Shown: positions 10,082 through 18,337 of the stretch, piece by piece
Numbering within the stretch: the first letter of the stretch is position 1
Layout: every line of letters begins with the position of its first letter
Assembly: GCA_040285745.1 (NCBI GenBank)
Contig: JAUFOR010000002.1
Coordinates: 930,001-994,000 of the forward strand
Source of the DNA: Barthelona sp. PCE
Lineage: Eukaryota
Direction: 5' to 3'
DNA: 64,000 bases
Program-made: the position numbers and the translations under genes
Notes under the pieces: model-generated
The model's input: only the letters and a program-made list of their open reading frames with translations
Told to the model about the DNA's origin: nothing
Databases searched by the model: none

Positions 10082-10432
10082 ATGGCTACTACTGAAATCT
10101 GCAACTTTTCCGGCCGTAAGTGCTACCCTGGTACCGGTACCGAACTCATCAAGATCGATGAACGCACTGTGAAATTCCAGACCAAGAAGGCTAGATCTCT
10201 TCACACTCAAGGTTACAACCCTCGTCGTATGGGATTCACCGGTCTCTATAGAATTGATCACCCCAAGGGAGATTCCAACAAGAGATTAAAGCACAAGGTC
10301 CGTATGTCTCTTAAGAAGTCCCGTCGTGTCTTCGCTGGTGCCGATGCCAAGATCATTCTCCAGAAGACTAAGGCTCAAACCGCTAAGCCTATGGGCGAGT
10401 ACAAGCGTGTCTCCAAGAAGAAGCAGCACTAA
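10082..10432 (+). CDS. RPL24: 60S ribosomal protein L24 (eL24)
   Basis: EICNFSGRKCYPGTG...NPRRMGFTGLYR...KG; strongly biased codon usage. Confidence 0.92.
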   Translation: MATTEICNFSGRKCYPGTGTELIKIDERTVKFQTKKARSLHTQGYNPRRMGFTGLYRIDHPKGDSNKRLKHKVRMSLKKSRRVFAGADAKIILQKTKAQTAKPMGEYKRVSKKKQH

Positions 10433-10443
10433 GCATACTTTTC

Positions 10444-10612
10444 TCGGGTGTAGCGCAGCAGTAAATGCCATGATGGTGTGTTGCATTTGTGATTTATTGC
10501 TCAAAGTAAAGCTTGAACAAATATTTGTGAATTTACTAATTTTTGTACATATTCTGATGATAATAGACTGATCCTAAGTTATGAACATCTGAAAGTCAAT
10601 ATATCATGCTGA
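10444..10612 (+). ncRNA. Candidate snoRNA-like elements (hairpin-ACA followed by a box C/D arrangement)
   Basis: 10-bp stem 10457-10466/10492-10501 with ACA 15 nt downstream. TGATGA at 10555-10560 is followed by three CTGA boxes. No target identified. Confidence 0.25.
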
Positions 10613-10659
10613 CATTATACTAAATCCTTACAAACTGGAGAAAATATTGCCTGCTAAAA

Positions 10660-13311
10660 TCATTGTTCTTTACTTTCAGATTGCTTGTCCTTTTCCATTT
10701 GCTCATAGCACTTCTGATGGAATACATCCTTGGAAGGTGTAACAATGAACCAACTTGTATTGATTGGATTGGTGCAATAACAGCATTCAAAGCTTTCATC
10801 AATCTCGATCTTCTGATTATATAACCGATGTGCTTCGTTCTGGACCTTTATATGGTCTGCCTTCAACAACGAACAGTAGAAGAGTTTAGAGCGTAGCTTC
10901 TTCGTCTGCCGTTTCATGACCATTCGAACTGAGTCAATACATTCATCCAACGGTGTGTTATCCGGGATTAGCTGCAGAGCACAATCGACACTCAGGTTGT
11001 TTGAGTGTTTTCGTAGTAATTCATCGCGTTGCTCGGATTCAACTAATCCAATTAGGATATTGATTGTATCGGTGGCAAGCGCAAACTCCTCAGCCTGTGT
11101 AAATTGATTAGCCTTGAGATATAGCTTCAAAACAGCTTCATGGTTTTGCATCCTCTTGTAAAGGAAGAGCTTTTGTTCTAACAAGCCTTCATATGGCGCG
11201 TGTTTCAATATCCGATCAAGAGCCAGCAACGGGCTCATTCCCTCAATACACTTATCCATTATATCAAGATGTACACTGGACAAAGAATTATTTTGCTGTT
11301 TGTACATATCCAGTAGTAAGTTGAGCAATTTCTGTTGATCACCCTTGAGTTTTGCTTCAACAATGATCTCTGTTTGGAGATCAACGTACATCTCTGTAAT
11401 GAAGGCAACCGCATATCCGAGCTCAATATCAGCATCACATAACGCTGTGTGCCCATCGAAAACATATGAAAGAATTAACAACTGACTTAGAAATGCAGTA
11501 CATTTCTTGAAAAGCGCTGCAACACTGTCTTGACTTATGTCCACCATACCAGGGATACTCATTAATGAGATTGTTTGTGCAAGTATTCTGATTGCAGCTT
11601 GATGAGCATCGCGGTAGAACAGCAATTCAGAAATATGAAGGTAGACACGAAGTCTGCTCTCGATCGGCTTGTGTTCAAAGTATTTCAGAACAAGCGCTGG
11701 ATCCACAGCGTTCTTATGACGTGTAAGGGCCATTGTATCACCGTTACCAAGTAGCATAAGGATAAATATTGTTGTGTCAATAACTTCAAATCCCTCTGGC
11801 ATTGTGTGTGGTAGTTGTGACCTGATGATGAGTGGTGAAACCTGATATTCAATTGTGACTTCATCTTGTTGGAGAGCAAACTGCTCATGCTCTTCACTGA
11901 CATCATGCAGTAGCGCCTCAACAGAAATATCCCTGTTGGTTAGCTCATTCAACCTGTTGCGTACACGAACTACATTCTTATCAATTTGTAGAACTTCAGT
12001 CATATTCACGTTCTTTTCTGCACACATAAAATCCCTTCGTTGCATTAAAAACTCTGCACTCATCAAATATACCTTTTGAATTTCGTTATCAATCTCTCCA
12101 ACTCCAAGCTTCTTTTTTGTTTTCAGTCGCATTGCTTTTTTGATCTCTGATTCAATATTAAAAAGACTGGTCATTCCGAATAAGTGAGAAATCTGGGGGA
12201 AAATCTGAATTATCTCTAACTCCCCAATGTTTGTTAAGTTCAATAGTCGAAATCCCTGCATATAATTGAGTGATCTTACCAAAAGCTGAAGTCCTAGCTC
12301 GCTAATCGCTTGTCTTAACTCCGGTTCCGGGTTCTCATAAAGACTCATTGACTCGACGAGTTCCAGTGCTTGTTCAAGCGACGCAATGTCACGGTTCAAT
12401 AGACTGTTGATTTGTGATACAATACTGTTTTGCTTCAATGAGAAAACTTGGCGATTGCTAAAAGCTATATAGTGGTCATCATCAACAATGTTGAGTCCAA
12501 GCGCGTTCTCTATCTTAATTGTCTGTACTCTGTTCTCAACGGAAAATAGACTGGGCTTATATATGTGAACACCGCTTGCCACCAGACTGCAAAAGTATGG
12601 TTCTAACCAAATGGCGTCCAACAACGTACTCTTGAACGAGATCGGGGTCCAAGTAGGCTCACCATTTGGCGCCATGAATGCGTAGTATTGGAGGTTAGAC
12701 AAGAGGATCCCGAGTTGACTCAGATCCTCGGTTGATACATCTGTGATACGTGGTGCTCCGCCAGAGTCCGCCAACTGCTCCACAGTCCCTTCATCTATGT
12801 CATGCACTGTGTAGTGATGGACATCACCACACACCAGCTTCCCTCCTATTATTTTTGCAACAAGGGGTGTGTTATTCAGTTTAATAGATCTGGTTGTGAA
12901 TGTGTGGCCCTCCCCGTCGTAGTAGATTGCAGTGACGTTTTTCTTCGAGATTGTAACAAGAACATCCTTAATATAACCATCTAAAACGCTTTGGCTGACC
13001 TCAATGTTTAGGACTCCCGAAGATACAACTCGTCTGTCTTGCGGGTTTCCGATTGGAAACTTAAATACTTGGTCTTTAATTGTGTATACAACGTAAAGAC
13101 AGTTCTTTAAAATACACAACCGTTTGATAGGAGCCCTGCCAAGGGAAATAGTTGTTAGTGACTTGGCGCCCCTGGTGCCTCGAAGAGAGTACACCAACAG
13201 TTTACCGTCTGTTGTGCCAATAAATAGATGCTCTGACGTTGCGCATGCGCTTTCGATTCGCAAGGGTGATTCAAGGAGCACCTCAACGGAAAATGCAGGG
13301 TAACTCACCAT
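10660..13311 (-). CDS. VPS39: Vps39/Vam6/TGFBRAP1-family HOPS/CORVET subunit
   Basis: N-terminal CNH propeller (LFIGTTDGKLLVY), helical solenoid, and C-terminal zinc finger CCYCTNPI...VFHQKC. Confidence 0.8.
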   Translation of the reverse strand: MVSYPAFSVEVLLESPLRIESACATSEHLFIGTTDGKLLVYSLRGTRGAKSLTTISLGRAPIKRLCILKNCLYVVYTIKDQVFKFPIGNPQDRRVVSSGVLNIEVSQSVLDGYIKDVLVTISKKNVTAIYYDGEGHTFTTRSIKLNNTPLVAKIIGGKLVCGDVHHYTVHDIDEGTVEQLADSGGAPRITDVSTEDLSQLGILLSNLQYYAFMAPNGEPTWTPISFKSTLLDAIWLEPYFCSLVASGVHIYKPSLFSVENRVQTIKIENALGLNIVDDDHYIAFSNRQVFSLKQNSIVSQINSLLNRDIASLEQALELVESMSLYENPEPELRQAISELGLQLLVRSLNYMQGFRLLNLTNIGELEIIQIFPQISHLFGMTSLFNIESEIKKAMRLKTKKKLGVGEIDNEIQKVYLMSAEFLMQRRDFMCAEKNVNMTEVLQIDKNVVRVRNRLNELTNRDISVEALLHDVSEEHEQFALQQDEVTIEYQVSPLIIRSQLPHTMPEGFEVIDTTIFILMLLGNGDTMALTRHKNAVDPALVLKYFEHKPIESRLRVYLHISELLFYRDAHQAAIRILAQTISLMSIPGMVDISQDSVAALFKKCTAFLSQLLILSYVFDGHTALCDADIELGYAVAFITEMYVDLQTEIIVEAKLKGDQQKLLNLLLDMYKQQNNSLSSVHLDIMDKCIEGMSPLLALDRILKHAPYEGLLEQKLFLYKRMQNHEAVLKLYLKANQFTQAEEFALATDTINILIGLVESEQRDELLRKHSNNLSVDCALQLIPDNTPLDECIDSVRMVMKRQTKKLRSKLFYCSLLKADHIKVQNEAHRLYNQKIEIDESFECCYCTNPINTSWFIVTPSKDVFHQKCYEQMEKDKQSESKEQ

Positions 13312-13405
13312 CTACGAAGAAGTAACTCTGAAAAAAGTAGTTGGAAAGAAAAGGTGAATATCTTTAAATACACCTTTTCTGTTTTTATGAATCACTAAAA
13401 CACGC

Positions 13406-13873
13406 ATGAGCATAAGAGTTAGGGGTATTAAGGCTATAGGTGTATGGAGATATACCATTGAAGATGATTGTTGTGCTGTATGTCAACTTGCTTTGCATTA
13501 TCCATGTCATCAATGCAGTCTTCCGCACGGGTGTAGCATTGTCAAAGGGTCATGTGGTCATGTCTTCCACGAGCATTGCATAAACGAGTGGCTTGCAAAA
13601 CAGCCTCATTGCCCCATTTGTCGAAGCGAATGGAGCGCCGCAATGCGTATGAAGCAGGAGCAGGTGGAAGAGGTAATTGAGCAGGAGGAGGAAGAGGAGT
13701 CTTTGCATGACAGCAGTGAGTTTGTTACTCCAAGTATGGGTATGAGAGTAGCACACAGGCAGCCGTTGACTGAAGGGTTCGAGCCACTGGATGACCTTGA
13801 GCTTGATGGATTCATATCACCGATATCATTTGCTAGTGTACCATTTACACCCACCCCAATTAATCTCGGTTAA
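13406..13873 (+). CDS. APC11: RING-H2 protein, Apc11 (Rbx1/Apc11 family), with acidic C-terminal extension
   Basis: AIGVWRY...DDCCAVC...CHQC...CSIVKGSCGHVFHEHCINEWL...CPICRSEW. CPxC rather than CPLD favours Apc11 over Rbx1. Confidence 0.75.
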   Translation: MSIRVRGIKAIGVWRYTIEDDCCAVCQLALHYPCHQCSLPHGCSIVKGSCGHVFHEHCINEWLAKQPHCPICRSEWSAAMRMKQEQVEEVIEQEEEEESLHDSSEFVTPSMGMRVAHRQPLTEGFEPLDDLELDGFISPISFASVPFTPTPINLG

Positions 13874-14294
13874 GTTGTACCTTTAATCTTGATTTTGCTG
13901 TACTTGATGAGTTTCCATTCCTTGCGTATTACAGTGTTCATCAGTGATGATTGGAGTTACCAAGAAGATACATATGTGCTAGATATTCGAAATGGATCCT
14001 TTGAATAATTTCAATTGGCAGGTATTGTGTGATGAGGAGCTATTGTCATTGTACGTTTGAAGAAGAAGAAGTTTTCAGACTGGTGGAGTTGAGGAAGTTA
14101 TCCGATTATAACCAATGATTTGGTGATTTGACTCAGTCGGATGCACAGTTACCTAGAATTTATTGATGATTCGTGGTGGTAACTGAATAAATCAATTATT
14201 GCACATTTTATTTTTGCCAAATAATGTTAACCAGTACAGGTTATATAAAATAGTTTACAAATTCTGGTACATTTATGGAAAATTCCGTCTGCAG

Positions 14295-16292
14295 TTATAG
14301 TTCCAGTCCTGGTGGTGTCTTGAGCCACTTGACCTGGAAGGGAGCATTACTGGTCATTGATAATTGATTGAAACCCGTACATTCCCCTTCGTAGTCAGGA
14401 TTATACTGCTTCTGAGTAGAACAAAGCTGTATAATATACTTGTGGTCCTTTTTCATCGGGAACTCGATGTAGTTCGTTGTATCTTCAGATATTAACCAAT
14501 CATGGTTGCCATATCTCTTGCAATACTGCAGTTCGCTTGTTGCATCCAGTGGAATCTCAATCACACACGCGTACGGAGGAGCCCCAGGACTAAGGTCCTT
14601 CCCGATCGTAAATGCCCTCAAAAACTGAGTTTCAGAGCACTCAGGAGATGGGATAATCTCATAGTCGTCTGATCGGTACTCATCGTACGGACCATTGTTG
14701 TTCATGGAGTCGTTAAAAGGATTGCAGCAGCCGACGAAATGCAGTGAATTGCCCACAATGCACACTTCCGTCTCATCAAACTGTTCGTGCAAGACACGGT
14801 AATCCATCAGGAAGCAGCCGTCGTTGGCTACTTCCATGTTGAACTGCTCCAGAACGTGCGGGGGTAGGCACTCGTCTGCAAGCTCGTTATCGACTGCTAC
14901 AGGCTCTGAATGATGCCAGGGGTTCATTATTTTGACCAATTTCCTTTGCTCTCCGTTAATTTCAGCAATATCAGCATCTAACAAAGAAAACGCGTGTCCG
15001 CTCACTAAACCACTGATCGTAATTTCGTTACAGGCGTTGCCACACGCCATGAGCCGATTCTGCGCTTTTACGCACTTTCTCAGCTCATCAAACCATCTTT
15101 CGTGATCATTATTGATTTCCTCGCCAATTCCGAAGCTATGAGTCCCCTCCTTAATACTGAGCCAGTAGTTCCAGCCGCCTCCACATAGGACGGACATTGC
15201 AACGTGGGATTTCGCGCCGGCAATCAGCGAGTTAAAGCCAGACTCACCGCGGAAGGTGTTGTCCTCGAGCGACGCGAGTGCCTTTATGAGTAGGGGCACC
15301 CACAGGCTCGCCTGTTCAGGATTTGTGGTGAGGTTGGGATCGCTGTCGATTGTCAAAAAAACAACGTCGTCGTCATGGATATTTGCAGGGAACCTGTCGT
15401 CAATGTCAACGTACTTGATGATACCGTTGACTCGGAACCTAAATCTGTAAAAACCCATTTCTCGGTTCATTTTGACAAAACACTGCTTTATAAGCGACGG
15501 AAACTTGTCTACGACCGATAGAATAGCACCACCGAGCCAACAGGTTCCTAATGTTCCTTGTGAATAACCAGCAATAGAAAGTTTCTCTCCGAAAATCGGC
15601 ACGTTTGGGAACCTCTCGTTCAATCTGATCTCATATTTCGACTGGGCTTCGCCGTAGAACTCGTCATTGGACTTACCATAGTCCTGGAAGTACATTTCGT
15701 CGAGGTGATGGTACTCAGGCTCGTAGTCCAGGTAGGGATCGGGGCCCTGCTCGCTGGTGTATGTTTCAAGGCACTCGTAGAACACATCCTGCTCGTCTTC
15801 CTGCTCGTATGCGTAGTTGTCAAAGCCGCCATTGTTCTGGCGCATGATGCTGATTGCCTGCCAATCTCCGAAGAGGGGCATCAGTTCTTGTTTGAGGTAT
15901 TCTGGATCTGTGCCCTCCTGCTGGATTATGTGGAGGCTGATGCCATCAACAAGGTCGGAATCGGTGATGTTGAACTGATTTTTAAATATGTTGCACACTT
16001 CGTCTGCCAGCTCGTAGACATTAACGCTGTAGTCGAGATGTTCGAAAGGGGTAAGATCCACACCGCCAACAGACTCGTATAACTCATCTCGCTGTTTTTC
16101 TGCATCGGCTGACTGGCTTATGTGCTCGTACATGGCGATGATGTTCATGATTTCATCCTCGTTGCCAATATAGTCGTCCGTAAATGTGTCTTCCAGCATC
16201 TGGACATCAAGATATTCCTCAGACACCTTGCCCTCGTAGTTTTCGATGATCTGCTGAATCAAAACGTCCTTGTCGTATATATTCCACTCCAT
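14295..16292 (-). CDS. Calpain-family (C2/CysPc) cysteine protease with acidic N-terminal region
   Basis: Catalytic triad motifs QGTLGTCW, GHAFS and KIMNPW, plus VDIDDRFP and LWVPLLIKALA. First ATG is at 16292. Confidence 0.88.
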   Translation of the reverse strand: MEWNIYDKDVLIQQIIENYEGKVSEEYLDVQMLEDTFTDDYIGNEDEIMNIIAMYEHISQSADAEKQRDELYESVGGVDLTPFEHLDYSVNVYELADEVCNIFKNQFNITDSDLVDGISLHIIQQEGTDPEYLKQELMPLFGDWQAISIMRQNNGGFDNYAYEQEDEQDVFYECLETYTSEQGPDPYLDYEPEYHHLDEMYFQDYGKSNDEFYGEAQSKYEIRLNERFPNVPIFGEKLSIAGYSQGTLGTCWLGGAILSVVDKFPSLIKQCFVKMNREMGFYRFRFRVNGIIKYVDIDDRFPANIHDDDVVFLTIDSDPNLTTNPEQASLWVPLLIKALASLEDNTFRGESGFNSLIAGAKSHVAMSVLCGGGWNYWLSIKEGTHSFGIGEEINNDHERWFDELRKCVKAQNRLMACGNACNEITISGLVSGHAFSLLDADIAEINGEQRKLVKIMNPWHHSEPVAVDNELADECLPPHVLEQFNMEVANDGCFLMDYRVLHEQFDETEVCIVGNSLHFVGCCNPFNDSMNNNGPYDEYRSDDYEIIPSPECSETQFLRAFTIGKDLSPGAPPYACVIEIPLDATSELQYCKRYGNHDWLISEDTTNYIEFPMKKDHKYIIQLCSTQKQYNPDYEGECTGFNQLSMTSNAPFQVKWLKTPPGLEL

Positions 16293-16322
16293 ATGCACAA
16301 GAAAATGTCGTGAATGGATGAA

Positions 16323-16531
16323 GTATGTTAAAAGCAGACCTTTGTTGCAGTGTGGGCTGCTGCCGCCGTTCCCTCTGGATAAGCGCCCTCCCACTTACTT
16401 GGGGGGTGTATCCGGAGCACAAATGTAAGCTGTAGATGAAGAATGAGGTTCTCTCGGCGTATTGAGTTTAAGCAGTTTGGTTCCCGTGATTTGGCGGTTA
16501 TGGATCGTAGACAGGGCTTATAGGTACATAC
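16323..16531 (+). ncRNA. Unclassified ~210-nt structured RNA candidate
   Basis: GC-rich island in an AT-rich divergent intergenic region. At least five nested helices contain many G-U pairs only in the + orientation. Followed by TGTAAA at 16537-16542. Confidence 0.6.
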
Positions 16532-16950
16532 AAAATTGTAAAAATAACCAACTGGAAAAACCTGTCTGAGCTTTATTTACAATTTCCATCCTCTATCACA
16601 CATGAAGCACATGGCAAAGCTGTGTGTTGGTTTATTCAAACCCCACCATATCTTCAAAATCAGACGACGCATCTATAACGGAGCCTTAAACACATCAAAG
16701 TATTGTGCTTCAATTTTGCATGAAAATTTATTACAACTTGTCTGAATAAGGGCTTATTTATCGCCTAGATTGCACTCCATTGAAAAATTGAATTTGTAAG
16801 AGGAAAAAAAAAAACGCATAACAATAATTTCACTAAATTTATGGTTCTTCTGCTGTAAATGGCACGAATACATCTTTAGAAAGATACTTTGAACTTTCCC
16901 TAGTGCATCAAGCATAATTTCAAGTTTCTTTCCTTTTCTCAAATCTTAAT

Positions 16951-18270
16951 ATGCAATCAACACGTCGTATTGCCAATTTTGAATGTTCGGGCTGCAGGAA
17001 AATCCTCCCCAATAACTTCAGTGGCTATGTTTGTGATAGCTGTGGGTCAAACCTTTGGGTTAATATTCAATTCCCTGATAACATCACCATCAGGGAAGAA
17101 TTTCCTAACATTTGGCGTTACGCCGATCTATTGGCACTGACCGACTATCAACTGGATCACTTTCATGAAAAATCACCACATGCTTTTTCAGTTGGTGGAA
17201 CGCCAATGTTTGAGTACGAAAAAGTAGCAACTGAGCTGAATGTTAAGAATTTCTTCGTCAAGTTCGATGGTTGTAACCCCAGTGGTTCACTGAAAGATAG
17301 GGCAAGTCATTTCATTGTTGAAAGACTTGCCGAATGCCCTGATATGTTGATTGCAACAGCATCCACTGGTAATGCTGGTGCTGCTCTTTCATGCTGCAGT
17401 GCTCCTTCCCCCGTTAACTCCCTCATTTTCGCTCCCGCAGCTGCTCCCGCTGCAAAACTCGCTCAAATTCTGATGTACGGCAGCCAACTCGTTGCTGTTG
17501 AGGGTACTTACGACGACGCTTACATTTTGTGTGACAAACTGTGCAAAACATACGGATGGTACAACAGATCAACAGGGTACAACGCGTTCACAACAGAGGG
17601 TAAGAAGACTGTATCGTTTGAGATCGCTGAACAATTAGCCAAGGGATCAACCTCAACATTCTCTGCACCTGATGTTGTTGTCGTTTCTGTCGGAGATGGA
17701 AACATCATTTCTGGTGTATACAAGGGCTTTAAGGATCTTTTAGAAGCTGGATTGATCCAAAAAATGCCCCAAATTTGTGGTATTCAATCGACCAACTCAC
17801 CTGCTGTTCACGAATGTTTCTCCAAGGGATACAACTGGGAACAAATCAGGGACCTCCCCCCTATGCGCTCAGATACTGAAGCAGACTCGATCTCTGCTGG
17901 TAAGCCGTCAGACTGTATGAAGGCGGTCGAATCTGTCAGAAAATCAAACGGAGACATGGTCCTAGTAACCGACGATGAGATCCTCTCAGCTATCCCCCAT
18001 CTAGCCTGTCTCACTGGTGTGTACGCGGAACCTGCTGCCGCTTGTGGGTTCGCTGGCATCCTCAAGTTGTCTGAGAGTGGGTTTTTAGATGGAAAGTCTG
18101 TGGTCCTCCTTGCTACCGGTACTGGTTTGAAGGATACTCGTAGAGCTATTGTGGGAGCAGAAATGTATGAGCAACAGGACAACACACTACTTAGCGGAAG
18201 GCTACAGGTACCAAAGGATGTTGAAGGAGCCACCCAGATTCTTGTTGATAGTAATATCATTAGTAAATAA
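16951..18270 (+). CDS. thrC: Threonine synthase-like fold-type II PLP enzyme, prokaryotic type with N-terminal zinc ribbon
   Basis: CSGC...CDSCG, GGTPM, NPSGSLKDR (PLP lysine), ASTGNAGAAL, EGKKT, VSVGDGN, EPAAA and TGTGLKD. Confidence 0.85.
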   Translation: MQSTRRIANFECSGCRKILPNNFSGYVCDSCGSNLWVNIQFPDNITIREEFPNIWRYADLLALTDYQLDHFHEKSPHAFSVGGTPMFEYEKVATELNVKNFFVKFDGCNPSGSLKDRASHFIVERLAECPDMLIATASTGNAGAALSCCSAPSPVNSLIFAPAAAPAAKLAQILMYGSQLVAVEGTYDDAYILCDKLCKTYGWYNRSTGYNAFTTEGKKTVSFEIAEQLAKGSTSTFSAPDVVVVSVGDGNIISGVYKGFKDLLEAGLIQKMPQICGIQSTNSPAVHECFSKGYNWEQIRDLPPMRSDTEADSISAGKPSDCMKAVESVRKSNGDMVLVTDDEILSAIPHLACLTGVYAEPAAACGFAGILKLSESGFLDGKSVVLLATGTGLKDTRRAIVGAEMYEQQDNTLLSGRLQVPKDVEGATQILVDSNIISK

Positions 18271-18337
18271 GTGCTTTAAAAAAAAAATCTTTTTCTATGT
18301 TTTATATTTAATATACTACAAAAAATTTTGTTGAATT

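Noticed and set aside
10457-10501. SECIS-like ATGA...TGA hairpin after RPL24
   Set aside because: No apical AA, the helix is too short, and no in-frame TGA gene is adjacent.
13907-14181. Coding-like, GA-rich stretch between APC11 and calpain (MDPLNNFNWQVLCDEELLSLYV*, FEEEEVFRLVEL, YLEFIDDSWW*)
   Set aside because: Fragments lie in different frames, and no splice model with a proper branch site gives a sensible ORF. A decayed gene is possible but unsupported.
16480-16499. Minus-strand ACCGCCAAATCACGGGAA resembling the group I intron P element
   Set aside because: No Q, R or S elements were found, and G-U pairs favour the + strand.
16323-16531. Riboswitch or T-box for the downstream threonine synthase
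   Set aside because: It lies about 420 nt upstream with a 3'-end motif in between, and shows no T-box, lysine, SAM or TPP signature.
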